A stretch of 60,229 nt of DNA from Clostridiales bacterium (GCA_012520635.1 JAAYNY010000051.1:1-60229); one strand, 5' to 3'. Positions 46,932 to 57,597 are shown, numbered from the stretch's first letter. Notes: generated by a model from the sequence alone, not told the origin. Made by a program: numbers and translations.

Positions 46932-48248
46932 ATGGCTAGATTAACATTTATGGGTGGCATCCATACATATGATGGCAAGGAATTGTCAATGGATAAGCCC
47001 ACAACTGTTCTTTTACCAAAAGGCGATATGGTATTTCCCCTAACCCAGCATTTTGGTGCTGCGGCTAAACCTCTGGTATCTAAGGGAGATGAAGTATTAG
47101 TAGGCCAAAAGATTGGTGAGGCAGATGGTTTGATTTCATCAAATATTATTAGCTCTGTATCCGGAACCGTCAAATCCATAGAGAAGAGGCTGACAACAGC
47201 CGGTAAAATGATAGATTCTATTATTATTACCAACGATAATGAATATAAAAAAATTGATGGGTTTGGACAGGACAGGGATTACACGAAAATGTCAGAGGCT
47301 GATATAAGGAAGGCTGTTAAAGAGGCAGGTATTGTTGGTCTTGGTGGAGCTGGTTTCCCCACACATGTAAAACTCACACCAAAGGATTCCACTAAGATTG
47401 ATTATGTAATTGTCAATGGAGCAGAATGTGAACCCTATCTAACATCAGATTATAGACTTATGTTAGAAGAAGCAGATAAAATAGTTGAAGGGTTAAAAAT
47501 CGTACTTCGCCTCTTTCCCAATGCTAAAGGCATTATTGCTATAGAGGATAATAAACCAGAGGCAATTAAGAAAATTAAAGAATTAGCAGCAAATGAAAGT
47601 AATGTGGAGGTAGTTTCTGTTAAGACTAAGTATCCACAAGGTGGAGAGCGTCAGCTGGTTTATGCAACTACAGGGAGAAAACTTAACTCAAGGAAACTTC
47701 CTTCTGATGTAGGTTGTGTAGTGAACAATGTAGGAACTGTGGCAGCTATCTATATGGCTGTTGCAAAAAACACACCTTTAACTCATAGAATTATAACTAT
47801 ATCTGGAGATGCTATATCAGAAGCTCAGAACTTCTATGCCCCTATAGGCATGAATTATAGTGAAATAATTGAAGCGGCAGGTGGATTTAAGAGTAATCCT
47901 AAGAAAATTGTTTTTGGTGGACCAATGATGGGACTTGCTATGTATACTTATGATTTACCCGTAACAAAGACCACTTCTGCCTTATTGGGCTTTATTGAGG
48001 ATGAGGCTGCTGTAGAGGAAACCCCTTGTATTAAGTGCGGTAAATGTTATGAGCATTGTCCTCTTAATTTAATGCCAAATATGTTGGAGATGGCAGGAAG
48101 ATTTAATGAAGATGATAAGTTCCTAAAGCTTGATGGTATGGAATGCTGCGGATGCGGATGTTGTTCTTATGTTTGTCCTGCTAATAGAAGCTTGACACAG
48201 ACAATAGTTCAGACCAAGCAAACTATACAGACAAAAATGAAACGATAA
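46932..48248 (+). CDS. rnfC: Rnf complex subunit C
   Basis: GIVGLGGAGFPTHVK, NGAECEPYLTSD, KYPQGGE, GGPMMG, two 4Fe-4S motifs. Confidence 0.95.
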   Translation: MARLTFMGGIHTYDGKELSMDKPTTVLLPKGDMVFPLTQHFGAAAKPLVSKGDEVLVGQKIGEADGLISSNIISSVSGTVKSIEKRLTTAGKMIDSIIITNDNEYKKIDGFGQDRDYTKMSEADIRKAVKEAGIVGLGGAGFPTHVKLTPKDSTKIDYVIVNGAECEPYLTSDYRLMLEEADKIVEGLKIVLRLFPNAKGIIAIEDNKPEAIKKIKELAANESNVEVVSVKTKYPQGGERQLVYATTGRKLNSRKLPSDVGCVVNNVGTVAAIYMAVAKNTPLTHRIITISGDAISEAQNFYAPIGMNYSEIIEAAGGFKSNPKKIVFGGPMMGLAMYTYDLPVTKTTSALLGFIEDEAAVEETPCIKCGKCYEHCPLNLMPNMLEMAGRFNEDDKFLKLDGMECCGCGCCSYVCPANRSLTQTIVQTKQTIQTKMKR

Positions 48249-48298
48249 GATGAGCTTCATAAAAAACTTTAATAAATAATGAGAAAGAGGTGTAAGCT

Positions 48299-49294
48299 TT
48301 GAGCGATTTGTTTAACGTATCGGCTGCTCCCCATAAGAGAAGTCCGATTACAACAAAAACAATAATGCAGGATGTAATTATCGCACTGATTCCTGCCAGC
48401 TTATTTGCTATATTTAATTTTGGCTTAAGAGCGTTACTTGTTATATTAGCTACTGTTTTAGCTTCTTGTATAACAGAGTATCTATATTGTAGACTAATGA
48501 AGAAACCGGTTAATCCCTGGGACTACAGTGATGTTTTAACAGGACTATTACTTGCACTAAATCTGCCTGTAAGTATTCCTATCTGGATGGCGGTATTAGG
48601 CGGAGTATTTGCCATATTAATTGTAAAAATGTTATACGGCGGAATAGGTCAGAACTTTATGAATCCAGCCCTTGCAGCCCGTGTGTTTTTACTTATTAGT
48701 TTCCCAAGTAGAATGTCAACCTTTGTCCTTAATCAGGTTTCCTCACCGGGGATAAAAGATTATCTTAGGGATGGAGTACTTGTCCTTGATGGGGTATCAG
48801 GAGCAACTCCACTAGGACAGCTAAAGTCTGGTGAAACAGTAGACTTGTTAAAAATGTTTGTTGGTCATATTGGTGGAACCATTGGTGAGACCAGTGCCCT
48901 AGCTCTTATAATCGGTGCAGCTTATTTGGTATATCGTAAGGTTATTTCCCTTAGAATTCCCCTTACCTATATTGTATCTTTTGCAGTATTTGCATTGATT
49001 TTTGGTGGACATGGTTTTGATATGAATTTCCTACTAGGTCAAGTTTTAGGTGGAGGTTTAATTCTTGGTGCTTTCTTTATGGCAACCGATTATGTAACAA
49101 GTCCTACCACCGAAAAAGGTCAGATCCTTTTTGGTGTATTTCTTGGAGTGCTGACTGGTCTGTTTAGATTTGTTGGTTCTGGTGTAGAAGGAGTGTCTTA
49201 TGCAATTATTATAGGTAATCTAATTGTTCCTTTGATTGATAAAGTAACACGTCCAAGAGCATTTGGAAAGGAGCGTGTGAAGGATGGCAAATAA
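48299..49294 (+). CDS. rnfD: Rnf complex subunit D
   Basis: GGIGQNFMNPA, FMN site SGATPL, FFMATDY. Confidence 0.95.
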   Translation: MSDLFNVSAAPHKRSPITTKTIMQDVIIALIPASLFAIFNFGLRALLVILATVLASCITEYLYCRLMKKPVNPWDYSDVLTGLLLALNLPVSIPIWMAVLGGVFAILIVKMLYGGIGQNFMNPALAARVFLLISFPSRMSTFVLNQVSSPGIKDYLRDGVLVLDGVSGATPLGQLKSGETVDLLKMFVGHIGGTIGETSALALIIGAAYLVYRKVISLRIPLTYIVSFAVFALIFGGHGFDMNFLLGQVLGGGLILGAFFMATDYVTSPTTEKGQILFGVFLGVLTGLFRFVGSGVEGVSYAIIIGNLIVPLIDKVTRPRAFGKERVKDGK

Positions 49295-49940
49295 GAAAGT
49301 TAAAAAAGATAAGAAATCTACTATTATAAAAGATGCTTTGTCATTAACTATTATAACGATAGTGTGTAGTTTTGCTTTGGCTTTTGTATATGATATTACC
49401 AAGGATCCCATAGCCGCTCAAGAAGATGCAAAAAAGAATGAAGGTTACCAAGTGGTTTTTGAAACAGCCGATAGCTTGGCTACTGACGAAGGGCTACTTC
49501 AACTGGCTATAGAGTCTGATTTGTCCACTATAAATCCTGACTTTGCAGGAGTAACTATAGATGATGTAATAAAGGCTTTAGATTCTAATGGAGATAAGAT
49601 TGGCTATATTGTTAAATCCAATGTTAGGGGGTATTCAAGTACCCTATCTATAGCCATAGGTTATTCCATGGAAGGTGTTGTACAAGGAATGGAATTTCTA
49701 GCTATTAACGACACACCTGGATTTGGTTTAGAGTTAAAAAATAAAGAATTTAAAGATAGATTTTCAGATGTAAAGACAGGTTATTTTCAGTTAACCAAGG
49801 GTAGTGCTAGTGAAGACAGTGATATTGATGTCTACAGCGGAGCTACAATCACTACTGAAGCAGTGGTAAATGCCGTAAATGCTAGTTTGGGCTTTTTGAC
49901 AGAGAATGTTTCAGAGTTAGGAGGGGTGGCAGTTGAGTAA
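49284..49940 (+). CDS. rnfG: Rnf complex subunit G
   Basis: Single TM helix; DTPGFG; FMN site SGATIT. Confidence 0.93.
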   Translation: MANKKVKKDKKSTIIKDALSLTIITIVCSFALAFVYDITKDPIAAQEDAKKNEGYQVVFETADSLATDEGLLQLAIESDLSTINPDFAGVTIDDVIKALDSNGDKIGYIVKSNVRGYSSTLSIAIGYSMEGVVQGMEFLAINDTPGFGLELKNKEFKDRFSDVKTGYFQLTKGSASEDSDIDVYSGATITTEAVVNAVNASLGFLTENVSELGGVAVE

Positions 49941-50652
49941 ATATTTTGAACGTCTTTCAAACGGTTTATTTAAGGAAAATCCGATTTTTATACTTATGTT
50001 GGGTATGTGTCCTACTTTAGCTGTTACCACATCAGCAACCAATGCTATTGGTATGGGCTTATCCACAACGGTGGTATTATTGGCTTCCAATGTTATTATT
50101 GCAGCCCTAAGGAAGTTTATTCCTGACAAGGTGAGAATGCCTTATTATATAGTAGTGGTTGCTTCCGTGGTAACAATTGTTGAGCTATTACTAAAAGCAT
50201 ATTTTCCTTCTATTAATGAGTCCCTTGGAATATATATACCGCTTATCGTTGTAAACTGTATAATATTTGGCCGTGTAGAAGCATATGCAGCTAAAAATTC
50301 TGTTGGCCTATCACTATTTGATGGAATAGGAATGGGACTGGGCTTTACCATGGCTCTAGTATTAATTGGTTCCTTCCGTGAATTGCTTGGGGCGGGTACA
50401 GTTTTTGGCCTTCAAGTTATGCCAAATAGTTTTGAACCTATATCAATATTTGTTCAGGCACCTGGAGCCTTTCTAGTAGTTGCAATGCTTACGGCTCTTC
50501 AGAACAAGCTAAAGCTTCCTTCTGCTACAAATGGCAGTGGGAAAAAGTCTGCTCTTTCTTGTGGCGGTGATTGTGCCAACTGTAATGAAGATACTTATAC
50601 AGCTTATCATGAAGGAGATAAAAATAATGAAGCAAAAGGGAAGGGGGAATGA
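49933..50652 (+). CDS. rnfE: Rnf complex subunit E
   Basis: LGMCPTLAVT, IPLIVVNC, PGAF. Confidence 0.95.
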   Translation: MSKYFERLSNGLFKENPIFILMLGMCPTLAVTTSATNAIGMGLSTTVVLLASNVIIAALRKFIPDKVRMPYYIVVVASVVTIVELLLKAYFPSINESLGIYIPLIVVNCIIFGRVEAYAAKNSVGLSLFDGIGMGLGFTMALVLIGSFRELLGAGTVFGLQVMPNSFEPISIFVQAPGAFLVVAMLTALQNKLKLPSATNGSGKKSALSCGGDCANCNEDTYTAYHEGDKNNEAKGKGE

Positions 50653-50657
50653 TTTAG

Positions 50658-51248
50658 ATGAATTCACAGTATTTTGTAAACTTATTAATTATTGCAATTA
50701 GCGCAGCATTTATTAACAACGTTGTACTAAGTCAATTCCTTGGTATATGTTCCTTTTTAGGTATATCAAATAAAATCAAGACCGCATCTGGTATGGGTTT
50801 TGCAGTAATATTCGTTATTACCCTTTCTTCAATCATATGTAGTCTCATTTATGACTTTATTCTATTGCCTATGGATTTAGAGTACTTAAAGACAATTGTA
50901 TTTATTATTATTATAGCTGCTCTTGTTCAACTGGTGGAAATGGTAATAAAGAAATACAGTCCTGCACTTTATGATGCTCTTGGTGTATATCTTCCTTTGA
51001 TTACCACCAACTGTGCAGTGCTTGGAGTGGCTTTAATTAATGTAGAAAACGGCTTTGATATAGTAGAAAGTATCGTAAATGGTTTTGCAACTGCAGCTGG
51101 ATTTTTAGTAGCTATTGTTGTCTTAGCAGGTATACGTGAGAGAATGGAACATAACGATATTACAGTATCCTTTAGAGGATTTCCTATAACACTTGTAACT
51201 GCAACATTAATGGCCATGGCATTCTACGGGTTTGCTGGTTTAGTATAG
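50658..51248 (+). CDS. rnfA: Rnf complex subunit A
   Basis: NNVVLSQFLGIC, YLPLITTNCAVLG. Confidence 0.95.
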   Translation: MNSQYFVNLLIIAISAAFINNVVLSQFLGICSFLGISNKIKTASGMGFAVIFVITLSSIICSLIYDFILLPMDLEYLKTIVFIIIIAALVQLVEMVIKKYSPALYDALGVYLPLITTNCAVLGVALINVENGFDIVESIVNGFATAAGFLVAIVVLAGIRERMEHNDITVSFRGFPITLVTATLMAMAFYGFAGLV

Positions 51249-51258
51249 AAGGGAGGAA

Positions 51259-52125
51259 ATGTCAGTGTTAAATTGGAATATATTAATAGCAGGTAAGGTC
51301 CTCCCCCAAGTATCTGGACTGGTCTTGGCGGTAAATGTTTATGATATCCTGCTTGCTACCCTTGTTGTCAGTGCTATTGGTTTACTGATTGGTTTGTTTC
51401 TAGGTGTGGCTTCAAAGAAGCTAGAAGTACCTGTAGATGAAAAAGAAGCCAAAGTTAGAGAACTTCTTCCTGGAGCTAATTGCGGTGGATGTGGATATGC
51501 TGGATGTGATGCCTGCGCAAAGGCTATTGCTATAGGTGAAGCAGCTGCAGATGTATGTCCTGTAGCTAGTAGTGATGTTCATGTAGAAATAGCAGAAGTT
51601 ATGGGTAGCAGTGTAGAAGCTAGTGAAAGACAAGTTGCCTATGTGGATTGTGTAGGAACCTGTGATAAAGCAAAAATTAATTCTACCTATTATGGTCCTA
51701 AGGACTGTAAGCTTGCAAGTGGAATAGGTGGAAATGGTTCCAAGGCTTGTAATTATGGCTGTATGGGCTTTGGTTCCTGTGTAAAGGTCTGTGCATTTGA
51801 TGCAATTCATGTGGTTGATGGAGTGGCAGTGGTAGACAAAGAAAAATGTACAGCCTGTGGCATGTGTGTTGCAGAATGTCCTAATAACATTATAGAGATG
51901 GTACCTTACAAATCTAAAGTCTTTGTTGCTTGTAGCTCTACTGATAAGGGTAAAGATGTTAAGAAGGTGTGTTCAATAGGTTGTATTGGTTGTAAGCTTT
52001 GTGAAAAAGCTTGTGAATATGATGCAATCCATGTTAATGATAATCTTGCAAAGATTGATTATGATAAATGTACTAATTGTGGTGCATGTGTTAAGGTTTG
52101 TCCGGTTAAAGTAATTCAAGAATAG
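51259..52125 (+). CDS. rnfB: Rnf complex subunit B
   Basis: LPGANCGGCGYAGC and several CxxCxxCxxxCP motifs. Confidence 0.95.
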   Translation: MSVLNWNILIAGKVLPQVSGLVLAVNVYDILLATLVVSAIGLLIGLFLGVASKKLEVPVDEKEAKVRELLPGANCGGCGYAGCDACAKAIAIGEAAADVCPVASSDVHVEIAEVMGSSVEASERQVAYVDCVGTCDKAKINSTYYGPKDCKLASGIGGNGSKACNYGCMGFGSCVKVCAFDAIHVVDGVAVVDKEKCTACGMCVAECPNNIIEMVPYKSKVFVACSSTDKGKDVKKVCSIGCIGCKLCEKACEYDAIHVNDNLAKIDYDKCTNCGACVKVCPVKVIQE

Positions 52126-52146
52126 CCTGCATAAGAAGATAAAAGT

Positions 52147-52179
52147 AAAAGGAGTTGTTGCAAAACAACTCCTTTTTTT
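52147..52179. terminator. Bidirectional terminator
   Basis: AAAAGGAGTTGTT-GCAA-AACAACTCCTTTTTTT. Confidence 0.85.
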
Positions 52180-52199
52180 AATGAATTATAAGTTTTTAT

Positions 52200-53471
52200 T
52201 TATGAACTAATCTTGGTTTTATTCTTAACGTACTCACTAGGAGTCATGCCAATTTTTTTCTTAAATATTCTGCTAAAGTAGTTGGGATCTTTATAACCGA
52301 CCATAAAGCATACTTCTTTAACAGTAAGGTTGGAGTTGGTTAATAACTCTTTGGCTTTTTTTACCCTTAGCATGGAAAGCCAGTCTATGAAATTAAATCC
52401 TGTATTTTTCTTAATAAGTTTGCTGAAATATTGTGGGCTAATATTAACATGTTCAGCCACATCCTCAAGAGAAACATCCTCGGCATAATGAGCTTCCAGA
52501 TATTCCTTTGTAGCCAGTACGATTTTATTTGAATAATCAATTGCACTGTGTGTTTTAACAATTCCTGTTATATCAACAAATTTTTTAAAGGCCCATTCTA
52601 TTAGTTGATCACCACTGAGTTCGATTATGGTGTTAAAATGAGAAGTATAGTTAAAGTAATCAGCTTCGTTCATACCATCAAGCCTTACGGAATGGGCAGC
52701 CATAACCAAGGTTTCAATTATTCTATTTCTCTTTGCACTGTCATTAAGGGGTTTGATTTTGTTCATCAGCATAGTAAAATAATCATAGGCTTCTGATTTT
52801 CTATGACGGATTGCATTAATCATATATTTCTCTGTATCTTTATATTCAAAATTATATTTATTTTCTGATTTTTCAAGATCATGTACATGAAACACTTCTC
52901 CAGGATTACAGTAATACATACATGATGTGGCCTCTAAAAAAGAAGTGTATATTGAGTATATACTTTGCACACTTCCTATTCCTGCCCTTATTTCCAGTTT
53001 GTATTTTTTTTGAAGTTTATTTACCAGATTCTCAGCTATTGAAATACTAGATGCTTTACTGTCTTGGCCCACAGCCAAAACATCGGGATTAACAGTGATT
53101 AGAATACTCACACGATTGTCTACCATGGATCCTATACCATTTGACACATCTTTAAGAATATCCTTAATAAAGTAATATAATTCAAGCTCGTCCAAATCAT
53201 AGTCTATAACTCCAGTTCTTTCTTCAGGCAAAAATTCAAGAAGCACCAGATAACCCAGATCCTTCAAATTTAATACAGTTTGTGCTATGCTCAGTTCTTT
53301 ATATGAAGTCCCGCGATAAAACAGACTGAACATAAAACATTTTTCTACATAAGAAAAGATGTCTTCTTTAGTAAAGTCATTATTTGATTTTAAAATCTCA
53401 ATCTGCAAACTATCCCAAAACTCTTTGTCTAATTCAAAGTCGTTTTTGTTTGCTGTATTTGATATATTCAT
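52200..53471 (-). CDS. AraC-family regulator with central GGDEF-like (CdaR-type) domain and no receiver domain
   Basis: RAGIGS...SFLEA; C-terminal SLEDVAEHVNISPQYFSKL and GYKDPNYFSRIFKK. Confidence 0.85.
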   Translation of the reverse strand: MNISNTANKNDFELDKEFWDSLQIEILKSNNDFTKEDIFSYVEKCFMFSLFYRGTSYKELSIAQTVLNLKDLGYLVLLEFLPEERTGVIDYDLDELELYYFIKDILKDVSNGIGSMVDNRVSILITVNPDVLAVGQDSKASSISIAENLVNKLQKKYKLEIRAGIGSVQSIYSIYTSFLEATSCMYYCNPGEVFHVHDLEKSENKYNFEYKDTEKYMINAIRHRKSEAYDYFTMLMNKIKPLNDSAKRNRIIETLVMAAHSVRLDGMNEADYFNYTSHFNTIIELSGDQLIEWAFKKFVDITGIVKTHSAIDYSNKIVLATKEYLEAHYAEDVSLEDVAEHVNISPQYFSKLIKKNTGFNFIDWLSMLRVKKAKELLTNSNLTVKEVCFMVGYKDPNYFSRIFKKKIGMTPSEYVKNKTKISS

Positions 53472-53694
53472 TAAATCTCTCCTTTGATGTCAAAACATAT
53501 CTGTATCGTTTTTCTATTATATCATTTATTGTATCATTTTGCACCTATATTAGGCAAAAATTTAAAATTGTAGTAAAAAATGTAAAAGTTAAATATTTAT
53601 TAAGTTTGCATTTTGCCACATAAATGCCAAGATGAGGGAATACGATAAAATGGCAAAGTGGTTACTTTTTGGTATATATAGAAAGTTGGTTGGA

Positions 53695-55770
53695 ATGAAT
53701 AAAAAAGAAATAAAAAAACACATAAAAACGTCCCTTGTATTAACAGTAATGTTTATTATACCATTTATTTTACAGCCCAATCATCAGGTTATAAATGGAA
53801 ATGAAATTGTGGATACAGACGAAGATGACAAGGAAATCTATCTTCTTAACAAGATGCCTGAGTATGAGCAAATACCTGAGATAGAGCATATGGGCTTAAC
53901 AGAAGATACTTATTCTGATGCTCAATGGGCCTTGCATAATCCTGGTTATTATCCGGTATTTACCCCAAGTGGAGTTAAGGAAGTATATGCTACAGAAGAT
54001 TTAGATATGGATGTTGCCCAGGCCTGGGAACAAATGTACCAAGAGGAGTTAACCAGGCAAAAGGTAGTGGTGGCAATAATAGATACAGGAGTTGATTATC
54101 TTCATCCGGATCTTGTAGATAGGATATGGATTAATAGAGGTGAGATTCCAGGGGATGGTATAGATAATGATATGAATGGTTATGTTGATGATGTCTATGG
54201 ATGGGATTTCTACAATAATGATTCCAGTGTAGCCCATTATAGATATGATAAAATCACCAAACAGAACTTATCTCTTCCGGAAGATAATGACGACCATGGT
54301 ACTCATATAGCTGGCATAATTGGTGCTATAGCTGATAATGGAATTGGAATAGCTGGAGTAGCTTCAAATATAGATGTTGAACTGATGATATTAAAAATAA
54401 ATGGTGGACCTAATGGCTCAGGAAGTATAACAGATGCCATAAAAGCTATTAAATACGCCACCATGATGGGGGCAGATATCTGTAACATTAGCTGGGGTAC
54501 AAGCCAGTATTCTCCAGCTTTGGAACAGGCTATAAAAGAATCTAATATGCTTTTTGTAGCTGCGGCAGGAAATCTTGGTTCTGATAATGATAATATACCA
54601 GTATATCCTGCAAGCTTTAAATTAGATAATCTTATATCTGTTACTTTTGTAGATGCCAATGGGCGACTTACAAAACTATCTAACTATGGAAAAAGTAGTG
54701 TGGAAATAGCTGCACCGGGAGCGGATATCTTAAGTACCATAGTAGGTTCATATCAAACCCTTAGTGGATCATCAATGGCTGCCCCTCAGGTAAGTGCAAT
54801 TGCAGCCTTACTATACTCCTATAGTGATAATCTATACCCTTCTAATATAAAGGATATAATATTAAGAACATTAAAGCCTCTTCCATTGCTTGAGGACAGT
54901 ATTATTTATCCTGGCATACCTAGTGCTTATAATGCCGTACAGTCACTTGAGCTTTTGAAAGAAGATATGATAGCACCAAGTGTGGAACTAAAGACCATCT
55001 ATGATAAAGAGAATTTGATCATAAATGTCAAAGCACAGGACACTGGTGGAGCAGGACTAAGAGTAGTGAGATATCTGGCTGGTCAAAGGAAAGTAGAGGA
55101 CTTTAATAAAGGTGTAACTGGCCTTGAGGTAAATAACAATCAAATTAAAGTTTCAAGGGCAGGAGTATATACCGTCTATGCCTCTGATTATGCGGGGAAT
55201 GAAAGTATAAAAGTATATGAGGTAAAGGATGATTTACTGCCTCCAACTATATATTCTAGTTATTCAGTATCAGATGATTATAAAACACGAACTATAAGTA
55301 TTAGGGTCTTTGATAACCAAAGTGGAGTAAAAAGGGTAAAATATCTACCGGGGGAAAGAAAAGTAGAGGAGTTTCTACCTGCAAATTCGGGAAATGATAT
55401 TAAATTAGAAAAAAGCAGGGCTACATTTAAGGTAGAAAAAGATGGCACTTATACCTTATATGCTATTGATCATCGAGGGAATCAAAGGGTAAAAATTATT
55501 AATATAAAGACGGTAAAATCAGAAGATTTAAAGATTGCAAGATCGGAAATGATAATGGGAGTTGGAGAGGTATATTATCTTAGAGCATTTGTTAAGCCGG
55601 TTAATACAACGGATCTTATAGCATATAGTAGCTCCAATGATAGAATCATAACGGTTAATAGTAAAGGAAAAATAACTGCTCTTAGAGAAGGAACGGCTAT
55701 AATCACAGTTAGTACAAGTAGTGGTCATAAAGTTATATGTAGGATTGTAGTGCTAAAGAGAAGTATCTAG
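53695..55770 (+). CDS. Secreted/anchored S8 subtilase with two Ig-like repeats and a C-terminal Big_2 domain
   Basis: Triad IIDTG, HGTHIAG, GSSMAAP; AAAGN; YSSSNDRIITVNSKGKITA; start uncertain (53632, 53650 or 53695). Confidence 0.88.
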   Translation: MNKKEIKKHIKTSLVLTVMFIIPFILQPNHQVINGNEIVDTDEDDKEIYLLNKMPEYEQIPEIEHMGLTEDTYSDAQWALHNPGYYPVFTPSGVKEVYATEDLDMDVAQAWEQMYQEELTRQKVVVAIIDTGVDYLHPDLVDRIWINRGEIPGDGIDNDMNGYVDDVYGWDFYNNDSSVAHYRYDKITKQNLSLPEDNDDHGTHIAGIIGAIADNGIGIAGVASNIDVELMILKINGGPNGSGSITDAIKAIKYATMMGADICNISWGTSQYSPALEQAIKESNMLFVAAAGNLGSDNDNIPVYPASFKLDNLISVTFVDANGRLTKLSNYGKSSVEIAAPGADILSTIVGSYQTLSGSSMAAPQVSAIAALLYSYSDNLYPSNIKDIILRTLKPLPLLEDSIIYPGIPSAYNAVQSLELLKEDMIAPSVELKTIYDKENLIINVKAQDTGGAGLRVVRYLAGQRKVEDFNKGVTGLEVNNNQIKVSRAGVYTVYASDYAGNESIKVYEVKDDLLPPTIYSSYSVSDDYKTRTISIRVFDNQSGVKRVKYLPGERKVEEFLPANSGNDIKLEKSRATFKVEKDGTYTLYAIDHRGNQRVKIINIKTVKSEDLKIARSEMIMGVGEVYYLRAFVKPVNTTDLIAYSSSNDRIITVNSKGKITALREGTAIITVSTSSGHKVICRIVVLKRSI

Positions 55771-55771
55771 C

Positions 55772-55809
55772 TTATGTCCATACATTTACATATGTGTGGA
55801 CATAATTTT
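55772..55809 (+). terminator. Terminator after S8 protease
   Basis: TTATGTCCATACAT...ATGTGTGGACATAA-TTTT. Confidence 0.7.
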
Positions 55810-55959
55810 ATTCTACTGTTTTAAAAATTTATGTTGACGAAAATTTCCTAATGTGTTATAGTGGATAAGCAAAGTAACAGGGCTTTTTTTTTATGCCTAA
55901 AATAGGTGACTAAAGCTGAGTAGTATTAAGTACTACAAGATTATGCGGAGGTGGAAATT

Positions 55960-56109
55960 GTGCGCACAAAAATCACATTAGCATGTACGGATTGTAAGCA
56001 ACGTAATTATAATACGATGAAAGAAAAAAGATTACATCCGGACAGAATGGAAACAAAAAAGTTTTGTAAATTCTGCAGAACACACACATTGCACAAAGAA
56101 ACAAAATAA
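55960..56109 (+). CDS. rpmG: 50S ribosomal protein L33 (zinc-binding form)
   Basis: Hand translation [49 protein letters not shown]; GTG start with GGAGG RBS; below ORF-track size cutoff. Confidence 0.97.
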   Translation: MRTKITLACTDCKQRNYNTMKEKRLHPDRMETKKFCKFCRTHTLHKETK

Positions 56110-56134
56110 TTATATCTGAAAGGAATGAGAAGAA

Positions 56135-56347
56135 ATGGGAGAAGCAACAGGTAACGCAATGGAGAAAGCTCCAAAAAAAAGCCGCTTTAAGGGTATTAAA
56201 GCAGAGTTCAAAAAGATAGTTTGGCCTGACAAAGAGACTCTTAGAAAAGAGACGGTTGCTGTTGTTGTCGTAACCTTTCTACTTGGTGTAATTATTTATC
56301 TACTGGACTATGTTATTGAACTTGGTATAGGCTTTATATTAGGATAA
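56135..56347 (+). CDS. secE: Preprotein translocase SecE
   Basis: KAEFKKIVWP plus one TM helix; between rpmG and nusG. Confidence 0.95.
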   Translation: MGEATGNAMEKAPKKSRFKGIKAEFKKIVWPDKETLRKETVAVVVVTFLLGVIIYLLDYVIELGIGFILG

Positions 56348-56357
56348 GGGTGGGATT

Positions 56358-56879
56358 ATGTCAGAAGCTAAATGGTACGTTGTTCACACGTATTCAGGAT
56401 ATGAGAACAAAGTAAAAGCGAACATTGAAAAAATGATCGAAAATAGAAAACTGCAAGATCAGATATTAGAAGTATCTGTTCCTATGCAAGATGTCATTGA
56501 AGTGAAAAATGGTGTGAAAAAACGTGTACAGAAGAAAATGTTTCCCGGATATGTATTAATCCATATGCTCATGAATGATGATGTATGGTATGTTATTCGT
56601 AATACAAGGGGGGTTACAGGCTTCGTTGGCCCAGATTCCAAGCAACCGGTTCCGCTCTCAGACGATGAAATGCGCAGCATGGGAATTAAGGGTGATGACG
56701 TTGTAGTAGATTTTGAGATTGGTGATACTGTTATGGTTATAACAGGAGTATGGGAAAATACTACTGGTGTAATTAAGCAAATCAATCCTCATAAACAGAT
56801 AGTTACAATTAGCGTTGATTTATTTGGACGCGAAACCCCGGTAGAAATTAATTTCAGCGATGTTAAGATTCATAAGTAA
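56358..56879 (+). CDS. nusG: Transcription factor NusG
   Basis: WYVVHTYSGYENKV, FPGYV, VTGFVG, FGRETPVE. Confidence 0.98.
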   Translation: MSEAKWYVVHTYSGYENKVKANIEKMIENRKLQDQILEVSVPMQDVIEVKNGVKKRVQKKMFPGYVLIHMLMNDDVWYVIRNTRGVTGFVGPDSKQPVPLSDDEMRSMGIKGDDVVVDFEIGDTVMVITGVWENTTGVIKQINPHKQIVTISVDLFGRETPVEINFSDVKIHK

Positions 56880-56969
56880 GTAATTAGATTCTAAGATTAG
56901 AATTGAAAGTTTGTCATGGGGGCATATTAGCCTTATGCAATCATGGAAATGCAGTAATTTACGCAGTTA

Positions 56970-56997
56970 GTGGGAGGGATATCCCCGCGAACACCAC
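56970..56997 (+). promoter_or_regulatory. L1-binding autoregulatory RNA before rplK
   Basis: GTGGGAGGGATATCCCCGCGAACACCAC immediately before the RBS. Confidence 0.65.
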
Positions 56998-57018
56998 AAT
57001 ATCAGGAGGTAAACAAAA

Positions 57019-57444
57019 ATGGCTAAAAAGGTATCAGGTTATATTAAATTACAAATCCCTGCTGGAAAGGCAACACCGGCTCCTCCGGTTGGACCTGCAT
57101 TAGGACAGCACGGTGTGAACATTGTTCAGTTCACAAAGGAATTTAATGCAAGAACAGCAGATCAGGATGGTATGATTATCCCTGTTGTTATTACAGTGTA
57201 TGCTGACAGAAGCTTCAGCTTTATTACAAAGACACCCCCAGCATCAGTATTATTAAAGAAGACATTAAACTTAAAGTCTGGTTCAGGTGTACCTAATAAG
57301 GACAAGGTTGCTACAATTAAAAAAGCAGATCTACAAAAGATTGCTGAAATCAAAATGCCTGATTTAAACGCTGCAAATATTGAAGCGGCTATGAGTATGG
57401 TAGCAGGAACAGCAAGAAGCATGGGCATTACCGTAGAAGACTAA
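57019..57444 (+). CDS. rplK: 50S ribosomal protein L11
   Basis: [22 protein letters not shown]. Confidence 0.99.
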   Translation: MAKKVSGYIKLQIPAGKATPAPPVGPALGQHGVNIVQFTKEFNARTADQDGMIIPVVITVYADRSFSFITKTPPASVLLKKTLNLKSGSGVPNKDKVATIKKADLQKIAEIKMPDLNAANIEAAMSMVAGTARSMGITVED

Positions 57445-57523
57445 ACATGAAAATAAGGAACATAATTTCAGGATTAGCATTGCTAATTAATAAAAAGGAA
57501 TTATGTGTTTAAAATCTATTAAT

Positions 57524-57582
57524 GTGGGAGGATATGCATGGGGACATAATATAAGTCCGCCGTTTTCTTCCGATATTACCAC
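57524..57582 (+). promoter_or_regulatory. Second L1-binding RNA before rplA
   Basis: GTGGGAGG...CCGATATTACCAC abutting the AGGAGG RBS. Confidence 0.55.
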
Positions 57583-57597
57583 TAGGAGGTTTATAGA

